A stretch of 64,000 nucleotides of DNA from an uncultured Acidobacteriota bacterium (GCA_963713825.1 CAVQNG010000003.1:1312001-1376000); one strand, 5' to 3'; shown: positions 26,439 through 36,712, counted from the first letter of the stretch. Translations and numbers: made by a program. The notes: generated from the sequence alone by a model not told the origin.

Positions 26439-29400
26439 TCAGGGCAGTACGATCACCGCCGGGATTCCCGTTTCTCGCAATGCGTCATCGAACGTCGCTA
26501 AGTCCGAATCCAGGATCTGTTGGATCGCCTCGAGATGGGGACCGATCTGCAACTGGAGGTCTTCGAGTCTCTGATAGGAGCCCTCTGTCGGGCGTCCATA
26601 CGCTTGGTAGACATGGCTGTACAGGTAAGCCAATTGGTCGTCGAGCCGCGGCGGGAAATTGAGCAGATCCTGGTTGGTTTCGGCCCGCGTCTGGATCAAC
26701 TGTTCTTCGACGCTGGTCAGGCTCTCGGCGATCTCTACGCCCTGCTCCTTCCATGCCCCTCCGTAGCCAGCTTTCTCGGCTCGATCCGTCATCGCTTGGA
26801 TCTGCTCACGAACGGAGCGCAGTCTGGCGATCGTGTTGTGGAGATCCTCGAAGGTCGCCGCAACCTCCTCGATCAACGCGCTCTGAGCCTGCAAGTCCTC
26901 GTCCGTGACCCAAGTCAATCGAGGGTCCTTGAGAACCCGGATCGGCTGTGTCCTTTCGGTGTCGCCGACCTTCAGGCGTATCTTGTAGCTGCCGGGCAGA
27001 ACATAGTAGTCACCGGTGTACGCGAGTGAGAACAGAGCCTTGTCCAACACCTCGGGACCAGACCTCTTCAGGTCCCAGACGAAACGGTTCATTCCCTGAG
27101 CGGCTGGTAGCACGGGATCGTCGTCGCCTTCCCCCTTCTTCTCATCGTCTTCGCTGTGGAAAGTGCGGAGGATCTCGCCATCGGGTGCCAGGATCTCCAG
27201 TATGGCTGGCTCTGCAGGTTCTTCGGCGAGCCAGTAGAAGATCGTCGCTCCACGATCGGGTTGCTGAGGGGTCCGAGTTCCACCGAATCGAGCCATGCCG
27301 GCGACCCGGTAAGTGTCTCGAGGTTGGAATAGGTAAAGGTCCGAGTCGGTGAGTTTCTCGTGCAGCTGGTGGAGTGGAGTCAGGTCGTCGAGGATCCAAA
27401 AGGACCTGCCCTGCGTGGCGACGATGAGGTCCTGGTTGTGAGCTCGAAGATCGGTAATCGGTGTCACCGGTAGATTGAGCTGCAACGACTGCCAGTGGGC
27501 TCCGTCGTCGAAGGAGACGAACAGCCCGAACTCTGTGCCGGCATACAGCAGGCCCTTCTTGTCCGGGTCCTCGACAATGGCACGGGTCGGATGGTCGGCC
27601 GGAATTCCATTCACCCCGTCTGTGAGTCGATGCCAGGTGGCGCCATGATCGTCGGTGCGCCAGAGGCCGGGGCGAAAATCATCCATGCGGTAGCGGTGGA
27701 CCGCCAGGAAGGCCCGTCCAGGCTGATGGGGCGATAGCGAGATCACATTGACCGTGCTATCCGGCTCCGTACCGGGAGGGGTGATGTCGCTCCAGGTGGC
27801 GCCGTCGTCCTGCGATAGGTAGACGAGCCCGTCATCGCTTCCGGCCCAGAGCTCCCCGGCCACGAGGGGTGACTCCTCGAAGGCGAAGATCGTATTGAAG
27901 ACCTCCACACCCGTATGGTCATGCTGCACCGGCCCACCCGGGATATTCTGCTTTTCCGGCTCATTGCGGGTCAGATCTGGGCTGATGGTCTGCCAACTCA
28001 TGCCGCCGTCTCGGGAGCGATGAACGAAGTTCGAGGTGTGGTAGATGACTGCCGGATCGTGTGGTGAGAAGCGAATGGGAGCGTTCCACTGGAATCGGTA
28101 CTTGAGGTCCTTGGGAGCGGTTCCATCCTGCATCTGTGGGTAGATCACGACATTGCGACCAAAGCTCGCCCGCCGGTCATAGCGATCGATCATGCCGATG
28201 TAGGTGCCGGCATAGATGATGTCTGGATCGTCGGGGTGAACCGCGATGTGACCACTTTCGCCCCCGCCGGCGTCGAACCACGATTCCTCGGGTGTCAGAA
28301 CGTTGGGTGCCCAGGATGGGACGCTGATGGTGCTGTTGTCCTGCTGCGCGCCGTAGAGACGGTAAGGGAACTGGTTGTCCACCATGACCCGATAGAACTC
28401 GGCAGTCGGCTGATTGTGCTGGCTTGACCAGGTATCGCCGCCATCGAGAGTGACGTTCGCGCCACCGTCGTTAGCCTGGATCATGATTTTGGAGTTGTCG
28501 GGGTTGACCCAGAGGTCGTGGTTGTCGCCGTGTGGCACGCCTCGGCGCTCGAAGCTCTGACCGCCGTCGATCGACTTGAGGAAGTGGACGTTGTTGACCC
28601 AGACCGTTTCTGGATCGACGGGATCTGCATGGACATGGGTGTAATACCAGCCGCGAGTGGTGAGGCGGTTGTCGCTGCTGGTCAGGCGCCAGGCCCCTCC
28701 GCCATCGTCGCTGCGATAGAGACCACCCCGGTCTCCGGTCGCAGTCACCAGCGCCCAGACCCGTTCTGGCCGAGCGGCTGAGATGGAAACGCCGATTCGC
28801 CCCAGCACACCGCTGGGCAAGCCGTTGTCGGCCCCGTCCTCGGTGAGGAGCTCCCAACTCTCGCCACCATCGGTAGTGCGATACAGGCCACTCTCCTCGC
28901 TGCCGTCAATCATGGTCCACGGCTTGCGTTCAGCGCGCCAGATGGCAGCGAACAGTTGTCTGGGATTGGCGGGATTGATGGTCAGGTCCACGGCGCCGGC
29001 CTGGTCGGACACGTACAGCACCTTGTCCCAGGTTCGGCCACCGTCGTGCGATCGATAGACACCGCGGTCCGTGTTGGGTCCGAAGATGTGACCGAGGGCC
29101 GCGACATAGACGAGGTCGGGGTCCTGTGGGTGCACGACGATCTTGCCGATCTGGCCGCTCTCCTCGAGACCGCTGCGCTGCCAGGTCTTGCCGGCATCGG
29201 TCGATCGGTAGACGCCATCTCCGTTGGAGATGTTGCCCCGGGGGCAAGCCGAGCCGGTACCGGCATAGACGACATTGGAGTCGGACGGGGCGACGGCGAC
29301 AGCCCCGATGGAGCCGACACCGAAGAAGCCATCGGAGATGTTCTCCCATGCCTCACCGGCGCTGGTTGTCTTCCAGACGCCACCGCCGGTGGAGCCAAAA

Positions 29401-29621
29401 TAGAACGTGAAGGGTTCGCTTGGAACTCCGGCCACGGTGGTGACGCGACCGCCCCGAAAGGGGCCCACCAGTCGGTACTTCATGGCCGAGTAGAGAGCCG
29501 GGTCGAAAACGGTGTTCGAATCGGTGTCGGCCAGAACTCCTCCGCCGAAAAGACCGAGGCCCATCAGGGTGAGTCCGAGGACAATCCTCTTGAGATGCAA
29601 ACGCGAACGTTCGGTTTTCAT
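26439..29621 (-). CDS. Secreted VPS10/BNR-repeat beta-propeller glycosyl hydrolase-like protein
   Basis: Many 'S.DGG.TW' Asp-box repeats, 'GPFRGGR'; 1060 aa with signal peptide. Confidence 0.9.
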   Translation of the reverse strand: MKTERSRLHLKRIVLGLTLMGLGLFGGGVLADTDSNTVFDPALYSAMKYRLVGPFRGGRVTTVAGVPSEPFTFYFGSTGGGVWKTTSAGEAWENISDGFFGVGSIGAVAVAPSDSNVVYAGTGSACPRGNISNGDGVYRSTDAGKTWQRSGLEESGQIGKIVVHPQDPDLVYVAALGHIFGPNTDRGVYRSHDGGRTWDKVLYVSDQAGAVDLTINPANPRQLFAAIWRAERKPWTMIDGSEESGLYRTTDGGESWELLTEDGADNGLPSGVLGRIGVSISAARPERVWALVTATGDRGGLYRSDDGGGAWRLTSSDNRLTTRGWYYTHVHADPVDPETVWVNNVHFLKSIDGGQSFERRGVPHGDNHDLWVNPDNSKIMIQANDGGANVTLDGGDTWSSQHNQPTAEFYRVMVDNQFPYRLYGAQQDNSTISVPSWAPNVLTPEESWFDAGGGESGHIAVHPDDPDIIYAGTYIGMIDRYDRRASFGRNVVIYPQMQDGTAPKDLKYRFQWNAPIRFSPHDPAVIYHTSNFVHRSRDGGMSWQTISPDLTRNEPEKQNIPGGPVQHDHTGVEVFNTIFAFEESPLVAGELWAGSDDGLVYLSQDDGATWSDITPPGTEPDSTVNVISLSPHQPGRAFLAVHRYRMDDFRPGLWRTDDHGATWHRLTDGVNGIPADHPTRAIVEDPDKKGLLYAGTEFGLFVSFDDGAHWQSLQLNLPVTPITDLRAHNQDLIVATQGRSFWILDDLTPLHQLHEKLTDSDLYLFQPRDTYRVAGMARFGGTRTPQQPDRGATIFYWLAEEPAEPAILEILAPDGEILRTFHSEDDEKKGEGDDDPVLPAAQGMNRFVWDLKRSGPEVLDKALFSLAYTGDYYVLPGSYKIRLKVGDTERTQPIRVLKDPRLTWVTDEDLQAQSALIEEVAATFEDLHNTIARLRSVREQIQAMTDRAEKAGYGGAWKEQGVEIAESLTSVEEQLIQTRAETNQDLLNFPPRLDDQLAYLYSHVYQAYGRPTEGSYQRLEDLQLQIGPHLEAIQQILDSDLATFDDALRETGIPAVIVLP

Positions 29622-29690
29622 GTTCCCTCCTGAGCCGCATAGTGCGGCAGCCCAAGACTATGGCAGATCACTACAGCCGGATAGACATCT

Positions 29691-30166
29691 TCCCACCCAC
29701 CTGCCCGTCCTGGGGCTTGGGTCCTGGGTCCTGAACAGGTAACCGTTTCTCGAAGAGGTACGTCCGAGTGGCTCGCAGGGGGACAGCGTCGGCTACTCAG
29801 GCTGCAACGGGGGGGCCGCCACCTCGTCTCGTCGTCGCGCCTCATCTGTTGTGCTCTCTCGTGGCTCTTGCGCTGCGCTCGACTCGGCGCCCCCTGTCGA
29901 ACCACCCGAACGAACCTCTGGCACCGATGAGGGCCTAAAGGCTTAGGGGCGTAAGGGCGTAGGGAGCGAGCCAGCAATCCGATTCTTACTGCGTCTCGAA
30001 GGTGGTAGATCGGGCCATGGGTCTCCCTCGTCGGAGGGGCATGGTCGGGTGGGGCCGCAGACGGGGGAGATCCATGGCCCGATCGGGCGTCTCAAATCCC
30101 CAGCCTCAAAGACAGGCTGGTGGTACAACGGACTCCTCAACCCCTGGTCGGGTGGGTGGGTTAGGG
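29691..30166. repeat. Composite repeat mosaic, copy 3, inverted (module C 29761-29912, module B 30008-30084)
   Basis: Reverse complement of copies 1 and 2. Confidence 0.92.
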
Positions 30167-33124
30167 CAAGCGGGCCAACTCGGCTCGGGCTTCGGCCACG
30201 AGCGGGATGCCTTCGTCGCCATCCTTCAGGATCTCGAAAAATGCTTCGTAGGACTCCCGAGCCGCTTGGGAGTTTCCCATCGCGGCGCTGGCGCGGGCCA
30301 TCCCGAGGTGGGTGAGCGTGTGCACCGGCAGATCCGGTTGAACGCTGCCGAGATCCTGCAGCTTCAAGAACTCCGCCATCGCCTTGGTCGGCTCGTCCGC
30401 CGTGAGATAGGCCAGGCCTCTGAGGTAGATTGCCCAGGGTCGACCCCGCTGGTAGGGAATGGTCGAGCTCAGCACTTTTACGGCGCCTTGTGGATCCTGC
30501 TGCTGCAGTGCAATTGCGGCCCGAGCGATTGGTGCCTGGACCTTGTTGATGATGGTGTCTTCCGGGAAGCGCTCCGAGAGCTCCTCTAGCAGAGCTTCGG
30601 CCTGCTCGACAGCGCCCGCACGAGCCAAGATGGCAGCCGCGTAGGGCATGGTGTCGCGGCTACGGGTGATCTCGAGCGCTGCCAGGGCGAGCTCTCTGGA
30701 CTGTTGCCCGTTACCGAAGGCGGCTTCGTAGGCTGCAGCCTCGGCGGTGAAGAACGCCGACTGCTCGGTGAAACCGAATTGCAGCGAAACCTCTATGGCT
30801 CGTTTGGTCAGGTCACGCGCCTCGTCCAGGTTCCCCGCGGAGGCGGCGACCTTGGCCTGGGAGGCCAACATCCATGCTTCACCGGGCTTTCCAGTGAGGG
30901 AGTCCGCCATGTGCTGCATGGTTGCCTCATCTCCCTCCAGCAGAGCAATCAAGTAAGGGCCGATGAAGAGCTCGTGATAAGTGAAGCCCCTCTCCAAGGC
31001 CTCTCCGTAGACGTGTTTGGCCTCGTCAAGTTGATTCAAGTTGCGCAGCGCCTCGCCGAGATTGGAGTAGGGGAAGGCATGATTGGGATTGAGCTCGACG
31101 GCAACCCGACTCTCTTCGACGGCTTTCTCGTACCAACCGAGATCGTTGTACTGCACTGCAAGGTTGTTGACCGGGGTCCAGTCGCGAGGATAGGCCTGCT
31201 TGAACTGCTCGTAAGCCTCGATCTGCTTGTCGACGTCGCCAGTCACGTTGTCGTGATAGTGCGCAGTGATGTAGAGCTTTTCGTTTTCGCTCACCTGGTC
31301 GCGCAGCTCGAAGGCTCTGGTGAGGTACTCGCGCGAGATTTCCCATTCCCGCAGATTTCCGTAGATGGTACCCAAGGCTCCATGGGCGCGGGCGAAATCG
31401 GGATCGAGCTCGATGGCCCGCTTGAAAAGCGGAATGGCTTCGTCTTCCTGTCCGCCTTCCCTCAGTTTCTCACCACTGCTGAAAGCCTTCAGCGCCTCCA
31501 GCGAAGAGGTGGTGGTCTGCTCGACGGGAGCGTCATACTTCTCGATCGAGGCCAGAGATTCACCCAGCTTGCGGCGGATCTGTACGGCAGCCGAGCCAAC
31601 TGCCGACAAGACCTCCTCCTTGCTCGAGGCCTCGACCTGCTCCCGTGCCAGTGCTCGGCCGGAGAGACACTCGTCTGCCGTAAGCGTGACAACGTAGTTG
31701 CTTCCTAATGGAGCGATCTCGCCTCGCACCAGGGCTTTGAGTCCCTGGCGCTCGCAGATCTCGTGCGCGATCTCGGGCGTGACGCGGTCCTCGGCCTCGC
31801 GGCCCATGAACCGCAGAGCTTCCTGAACCTGACGCTCTGGCAGTATGTTGAGGTAAGGCGACTCCTCGAGCTTTACGGCCAGGGCCTGCTTGAGAGTGTC
31901 GTCGAAGACGGGGTCACCCGTGGTGTTGGTGAAGTCGGTAAGCAGGAGCACGTCGCTTTCAGTCAAGGCGACGGTGGATGGTTGCTTCAGCAGCAGAAAT
32001 GCGATTACCACTATGGCTGCGAGCAAGAGGGTCGAGAGGATCCAGCGGATCCTGAGTCTGCCGGACCTCGGTGCGGGCTCGCCGACAGGGACTCCTGCTG
32101 ATGGAGTGCCCATGGCGGCCGGATGAGTACCCGAGATGGCAGGATGCGAGCCTGAATAGGCCGGTACCGCTGCGGTGACGGAACCGCTGGTCAGTGTGGC
32201 TTCCCTCGCCGTTTCGGGAGCCGCAACGACGGCGGAAGAGTGCCCCGATTCCATGTCGCGACGCAGGCGACGTAGGTCGGTGTGGAGCTCGAGTGCACTT
32301 TGATAACGCAGCACCGCGTTCTTCTCCAGCGCCTTGTCCAGGACCTGCTGGAGCTCCCAAGGGGTTTCGATACCCAGATGGGAAGGCGGTGCGGGCGCCC
32401 GATTCAGGATCTTGTCGAAGACGGCCGCCTGGGTGACACCGGAAAAGGACTGTTTGCCGGTGATCATCTCGTAGAGAACAGCTCCCAAGGAGAAGAGGTC
32501 CGAGCGGGCATCCACTTCCTTACCGAGAGCCTGTTCCGGCGACATGTAGGCCACCGTTCCCATGGCCTTGCCCGATCCGGTCAGGTCGGCCGTTTGGGTT
32601 GGCGCATCGGCGACGATGGTCTCCTCTTCACTCGCCGGGGTGACTTGCGGCGCCAACTTGGCCAGCCCGAAGTCGACGACCTTGGCTTGTCCGCCCATGG
32701 AGAGGAAGATGTTGGAGGGCTTGATGTCGCGATGGGTGATGCCCTTGGCATGGGCCGCGGCCAGTGCCTCCGCGACCTGGATGCCGATCTCGATGACGAT
32801 CTCGAGAGGCATCGGTTGGCCGCCGATGGCGAACTTGAGATTCTGGCCCTCGAGGTACTCCATGGCGATAAACGGCACGCCCTCGAACTCGTCGATTTCG
32901 TGGATCGTGCAGATATGAGGATGGCTGAGCGCGGCGGCGGCGCGAGCCTCGAGCATGAACCGCTCGACGGCCTGTTCATCTTCAGCGACGGAGTCTGGGA
33001 GGAACTTGAGGGCTACAAATCGACCGAGCTTGGTGTCCTCGGCTTTGTACACCACGCCCATCCCGCCCCCTCCGAGCTTCTCGACGATTCGGTAATGCGA
33101 GACGGTCTTGCCGATCATGGCCAA
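30161..33124 (-). CDS. Hanks-type Ser/Thr protein kinase with TM helix and TPR repeats
   Basis: 'GGGGMGVVYKA', 'HRDIKPSN', 'DFG', 'GTVAYMSPEQ', TM segment, TPR C-terminus. Confidence 0.95.
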   Translation of the reverse strand: MAMIGKTVSHYRIVEKLGGGGMGVVYKAEDTKLGRFVALKFLPDSVAEDEQAVERFMLEARAAAALSHPHICTIHEIDEFEGVPFIAMEYLEGQNLKFAIGGQPMPLEIVIEIGIQVAEALAAAHAKGITHRDIKPSNIFLSMGGQAKVVDFGLAKLAPQVTPASEEETIVADAPTQTADLTGSGKAMGTVAYMSPEQALGKEVDARSDLFSLGAVLYEMITGKQSFSGVTQAAVFDKILNRAPAPPSHLGIETPWELQQVLDKALEKNAVLRYQSALELHTDLRRLRRDMESGHSSAVVAAPETAREATLTSGSVTAAVPAYSGSHPAISGTHPAAMGTPSAGVPVGEPAPRSGRLRIRWILSTLLLAAIVVIAFLLLKQPSTVALTESDVLLLTDFTNTTGDPVFDDTLKQALAVKLEESPYLNILPERQVQEALRFMGREAEDRVTPEIAHEICERQGLKALVRGEIAPLGSNYVVTLTADECLSGRALAREQVEASSKEEVLSAVGSAAVQIRRKLGESLASIEKYDAPVEQTTTSSLEALKAFSSGEKLREGGQEDEAIPLFKRAIELDPDFARAHGALGTIYGNLREWEISREYLTRAFELRDQVSENEKLYITAHYHDNVTGDVDKQIEAYEQFKQAYPRDWTPVNNLAVQYNDLGWYEKAVEESRVAVELNPNHAFPYSNLGEALRNLNQLDEAKHVYGEALERGFTYHELFIGPYLIALLEGDEATMQHMADSLTGKPGEAWMLASQAKVAASAGNLDEARDLTKRAIEVSLQFGFTEQSAFFTAEAAAYEAAFGNGQQSRELALAALEITRSRDTMPYAAAILARAGAVEQAEALLEELSERFPEDTIINKVQAPIARAAIALQQQDPQGAVKVLSSTIPYQRGRPWAIYLRGLAYLTADEPTKAMAEFLKLQDLGSVQPDLPVHTLTHLGMARASAAMGNSQAARESYEAFFEILKDGDEGIPLVAEARAELARLP

Positions 33125-33228
33125 GTCCCGCGGCAGAGTAATTTCTGCTGACAGGCTGACGCTATTGTACCTTTGGGTGCCCGGACCGCAAGCGACCCCG
33201 GAGCATTGCAGCGTGTAGGATCGTCAGA

Positions 33229-33921
33229 ATGGAAGACTTTGCCGTACCCATCGAGTTCGAGCTCGCCGGCTGGGCACTGTTCATGGCGGAGCTCGAGGTG
33301 GCTCACGAGGGGGCGAATCAGCTGTCGAGCCTACGTCAGGCAGTGACAGCGAAGGTCAGAGAGAACCGAACGTTGGAAACGCTCTCTACTGACCCCACGG
33401 TGGCGGGTCTTCGCCGGCTGTTTCGAGCCGCCGGCTGCGATCCGACTCGCTACAGGCCTTCCTCGGAGGCTTTGCTGCGTCGGCTCCTCAAGGGCTCCGA
33501 GATGCCGGAGATCCACCCGCTCGTGGACTTGAACAACTGCCTGTCAGCCAAGCTGGCGGTGCCGTGCTGCGTGATGGCTGAAGGGACCTTCGAGCCGCCG
33601 TTCGTTCTGCGTGCCGGCCGGCCGGGTGAAAGTTACGATTCTCTGCGTGGCCCGTTCAACCTGGAGGGCAAGCCCCTTCTGGTCGATGCCCAGGGCCCCT
33701 GTGATGCGCCCATCACCGGCAGCCAGCGTGTCAAGGTGACTGCCGAAACGGAGCGGGCCACCCTGGTGGCCTATCTGCCCGCCGAAGTGCTGACATGGGA
33801 AATGGTGCTGGCAAGTCTCGAGGACCTCCTTGCGGGCGGCCCGGTGGCTCACATCTACGCGGCCGGCGGGGCTGGGGCCCCGACAACACGGGCGTCTACC
33901 GCTCGCGACCAGGACCGCTAG
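33229..33921 (+). CDS. Stand-alone B3/B4 (PheRS-beta editing-like) domain protein
   Basis: 'DPTRYRPSSEALLRR', 'PLVDLNN'. Confidence 0.88.
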   Translation: MEDFAVPIEFELAGWALFMAELEVAHEGANQLSSLRQAVTAKVRENRTLETLSTDPTVAGLRRLFRAAGCDPTRYRPSSEALLRRLLKGSEMPEIHPLVDLNNCLSAKLAVPCCVMAEGTFEPPFVLRAGRPGESYDSLRGPFNLEGKPLLVDAQGPCDAPITGSQRVKVTAETERATLVAYLPAEVLTWEMVLASLEDLLAGGPVAHIYAAGGAGAPTTRASTARDQDR

Positions 33922-35297
33922 TCCTTCTTGATCAGTCCGCCGATCCCCTTCTTGATTCCTTTCTTCAAGCCAGACTTGGCGGCTTCCTCGAAGATCGTCG
34001 TATCCAAGGCGACATCGGGTTCTCCGAGGGTGCCACCGACGTCGAAGGACACGGTGAGCCATCCGTTCTCGTCGGTTAGCGCGTCGAGAACATCTGCCGT
34101 GAAACCGCCGATGCTCATCAAATCGCGGGGAGCAAAGACATCTAGCCGAAGAGAGATAGGTCCCTGCATATCGACCCAACCAGCAGATCCCAGCTTGAAC
34201 GCCTCCGAAACCAGTTCGAACGGCGAGATGTTGAGGCGACCATCGGCGACGTCGAGGGCAATCTCGGTACCCTGATAGGCCGCGCCGTTGATGAAGGCCG
34301 CTCCGAGGAGCTTCTCGACGATTGCCAGCCAGGGACTCGAGGGGATCTTCCCGGATTCGAGTCGGAGGGTGCCGTCGGCGACAAAGTCATTCATGTCGGG
34401 TCCTGCACCGGAACCCTGAAGGGAAAGACTGGCCGGGCCGAAGCCGTCGCTGGTTGCGTTCATCATGCTGTTGACGTCGACGCCACCCGCCACCTCTAGT
34501 GTGTAGGTGAATGGAGAAGCGGTGAAGTCGGCTTCGAAGCTCGGCAGGCTCAGCTGGGCATTGAGTGTGACAAGGCCCAGATCGCTCAGGGCGATCTTCG
34601 AGTCACCGATAGCGATGCCGCCTCGAGCATCGGTGGCAGTGACTCCCTCTGTCCGGATCTCGGCTGCTGTCAGGGAGCCACTGGCTTTGATCTGCTCGAG
34701 AGGTGAGCTTCCCGAAGGAGTCAGAACGATGTCGTTGAAGTCCACATCGAGATCGATGATCTCCAGCGAGGGTTGATCGGAGCCTTCCGTTCGCATCGCC
34801 AGCCTGCCATCCACGATGCGAAGAGACTGGATATCGACGACAAGACCGCCACTGTCGACTTCGTCGACCGCGCCTGAGCTCGTAGCCTCGTCTTCGCCTT
34901 TCCCTCCTCCACCTCCCGAGGGCTTCGCCCCGCTCTCGCCTTGGGGCTGTGCAGGCGCAGTGACCAACTCGATCTGCGGCGACTCCAGAACGATCTGATG
35001 CACCTCGAAACGACCCTGCAGCAGCGGCAGTATCTCGTGCTCCAACAAGAGGCGATCGAGCTCGAGATTGACGGTCCCTGACTCCTCGGTCAAGGTGGCT
35101 CGGGCTGACTGCAACTCGAGCCCCTTGAAGGGAGATAGAGCAAAGCTCTCGGCGGTGATATCGACGCCTTCGTTCTGGTTGAGACGGTGGATCACAGCTG
35201 CCCCGAGAGTCTCGGGGTCGAATCGCCATAGCAAGAACGCGATGCCGAGGATGACGATGAGAACGATGATTCCGAGGATCTTCAAGAGTGTCTTCAT
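33918..35297 (-). CDS. AsmA family protein
   Basis: N-terminal TM anchor 'MKTLLKILGI...', beta-rich body, C-terminal 'GGTLGEPDV'. Confidence 0.75.
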   Translation of the reverse strand: MKTLLKILGIIVLIVILGIAFLLWRFDPETLGAAVIHRLNQNEGVDITAESFALSPFKGLELQSARATLTEESGTVNLELDRLLLEHEILPLLQGRFEVHQIVLESPQIELVTAPAQPQGESGAKPSGGGGGKGEDEATSSGAVDEVDSGGLVVDIQSLRIVDGRLAMRTEGSDQPSLEIIDLDVDFNDIVLTPSGSSPLEQIKASGSLTAAEIRTEGVTATDARGGIAIGDSKIALSDLGLVTLNAQLSLPSFEADFTASPFTYTLEVAGGVDVNSMMNATSDGFGPASLSLQGSGAGPDMNDFVADGTLRLESGKIPSSPWLAIVEKLLGAAFINGAAYQGTEIALDVADGRLNISPFELVSEAFKLGSAGWVDMQGPISLRLDVFAPRDLMSIGGFTADVLDALTDENGWLTVSFDVGGTLGEPDVALDTTIFEEAAKSGLKKGIKKGIGGLIKKD

Positions 35298-35337
35298 GGC
35301 GGAAGCTCCCTCCCGTGTTGGCTCGATAGGTCCAGGC

Positions 35338-36471
35338 TCAATGCTGACTCGCCTGAAATCGTTTCATGAAAGCGCGGTCGATGCGATCTTTGAGCCGCAT
35401 CACCCACCTGCCCTCGAAAGACCGACCCCATTTGGCTCCCAGGGCAGACCCGTCGCCGAGGTTGAGTAGGGTCAGGAAATCGGTCTGCGGCCGATAGTTC
35501 TCCAGTGTCCTGCCCGCCGCCATGGCTCGCAGGTTGTCCGTTAGAACGGGTCCCTGTCGGACGGCGTAGACGCCCGCTTTCGGAGTCTGAGGAAAGTCGA
35601 TCAGATGGGCGCAATCACCGACTGCAAACAGAGAACTCTCTCCTTCGACCTGGAGGGTCGAGCCGATGCGAGCGAAGCCCCTCGGATCGATAGGGAGACC
35701 GGAGTCTCGAAACAGGGGATGGCTGGCAGCGCCGACGACCCAGACCAGGGCGTCGAAGGGAAGCGGATCTCCAGTCTCGAATCGAACCGTGCCTGCATCG
35801 GCACCGACGACTCTCCGATTGGGCTGGATCTGGATGCCTCGCGCCACTGCGTGACGGTGGATCCGGCGCGCCAATCCCGCTGGGTATCCGTCCATCAAGC
35901 GCCCCCCAGAATGGACCAGTTGAACCGCCGCCGGCCGGTCGTTCTCCGCAGAGAGCCTGGCCTGGAGGGTGAAAGCCAATTCGACCCCGCCCGCCCCTCC
36001 TCCGACGACGACGACCCGAAAGGTGGAACGGTTCGTGTCGCCCTGAAGCTCAGTGATCAACTCGTCAACGCGTCGAACCAGCTCGGCTATGGGCCGGGTC
36101 GGAAGAGCGAACTCCCGAACACCAGGCAGGTCCAGACCGGCTACCGTGGAGCCGATGTTGGCCGAAGCGAGATCGAACGAGATCGGGGGGTGATCCGCCA
36201 CGACGATCTGTCGATTCTCTGGATCGATCTTCAAAGCGCGGGCCACGACGACCTGTGCTCCGGCTCGTTCGGCGAGTGCTGGGATGTCAATCTCGAGATC
36301 GGCGAGCTCGTATTGGCCAGCCACGAATCCGGGCACCATGCCGGAGTAGATGGCAATCGGAGAGTCCACCACCACAGTGACTTGGAAACCCGGGATCGGC
36401 TCGTCAGCCAGGCTCTCCAGCACCTGGACGTGCGAGTGCCCGCCACCAATCAAGACCAGATCACGTGCCAT
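35338..36471 (-). CDS. FAD-dependent oxidoreductase resembling the N-terminal domain of long SelD proteins
   Basis: 'LVLIGGGHSH', 'YSGMVPG', 'GGGAGGVELA', 'PKAGVYAVRQG', 'KDRIDRAFM'. Confidence 0.85.
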   Translation of the reverse strand: MARDLVLIGGGHSHVQVLESLADEPIPGFQVTVVVDSPIAIYSGMVPGFVAGQYELADLEIDIPALAERAGAQVVVARALKIDPENRQIVVADHPPISFDLASANIGSTVAGLDLPGVREFALPTRPIAELVRRVDELITELQGDTNRSTFRVVVVGGGAGGVELAFTLQARLSAENDRPAAVQLVHSGGRLMDGYPAGLARRIHRHAVARGIQIQPNRRVVGADAGTVRFETGDPLPFDALVWVVGAASHPLFRDSGLPIDPRGFARIGSTLQVEGESSLFAVGDCAHLIDFPQTPKAGVYAVRQGPVLTDNLRAMAAGRTLENYRPQTDFLTLLNLGDGSALGAKWGRSFEGRWVMRLKDRIDRAFMKRFQASQH

Positions 36472-36498
36472 GGTCCAAGGATATCCCCTCTCCCACCC

Positions 36499-36712
36499 TG
36501 AGGGTTGAGGCGGTCGCGTCCTATCTCGCGACCGATCTTTGAGGGCTTGAGGGTTGAGCCAGCTGTCGTGCCTCCAGCTGGCCTTTGAGGGCTCGGGTCC
36601 TGGGTCATGAACAGATGACTGCGTGGTAACGCCGGACCCTGGACATCCGTCGTCCCGCTTGCCATAGCGGCCTTGAGCCGTTGTTCCCCCCTAGGCCCTA
36701 GGGGCCCCTAGA
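36499..36712. repeat. Repeat mosaic: two tandem hairpin units + heptamer tail + CTAGGGG octamers
   Basis: GGGTTGAG-[hairpin]-TTTGAGGGCT twice, then GGGTCCTGGGTCATGAACA, as at 29719 and 47319. Confidence 0.85.

Noticed and set aside
35338-35340. Selenocysteine read-through of the oxidoreductase TGA
   Set aside because: The domain is complete at this point, and the following sequence is the AsmA RBS and start with no SelD-like continuation.
36499-36612. CRISPR array
   Set aside because: Only 2-3 degenerate units per locus, the inserts rather than the repeats are palindromic, and there are no cas genes or leader. Reported as a REP-like repeat.
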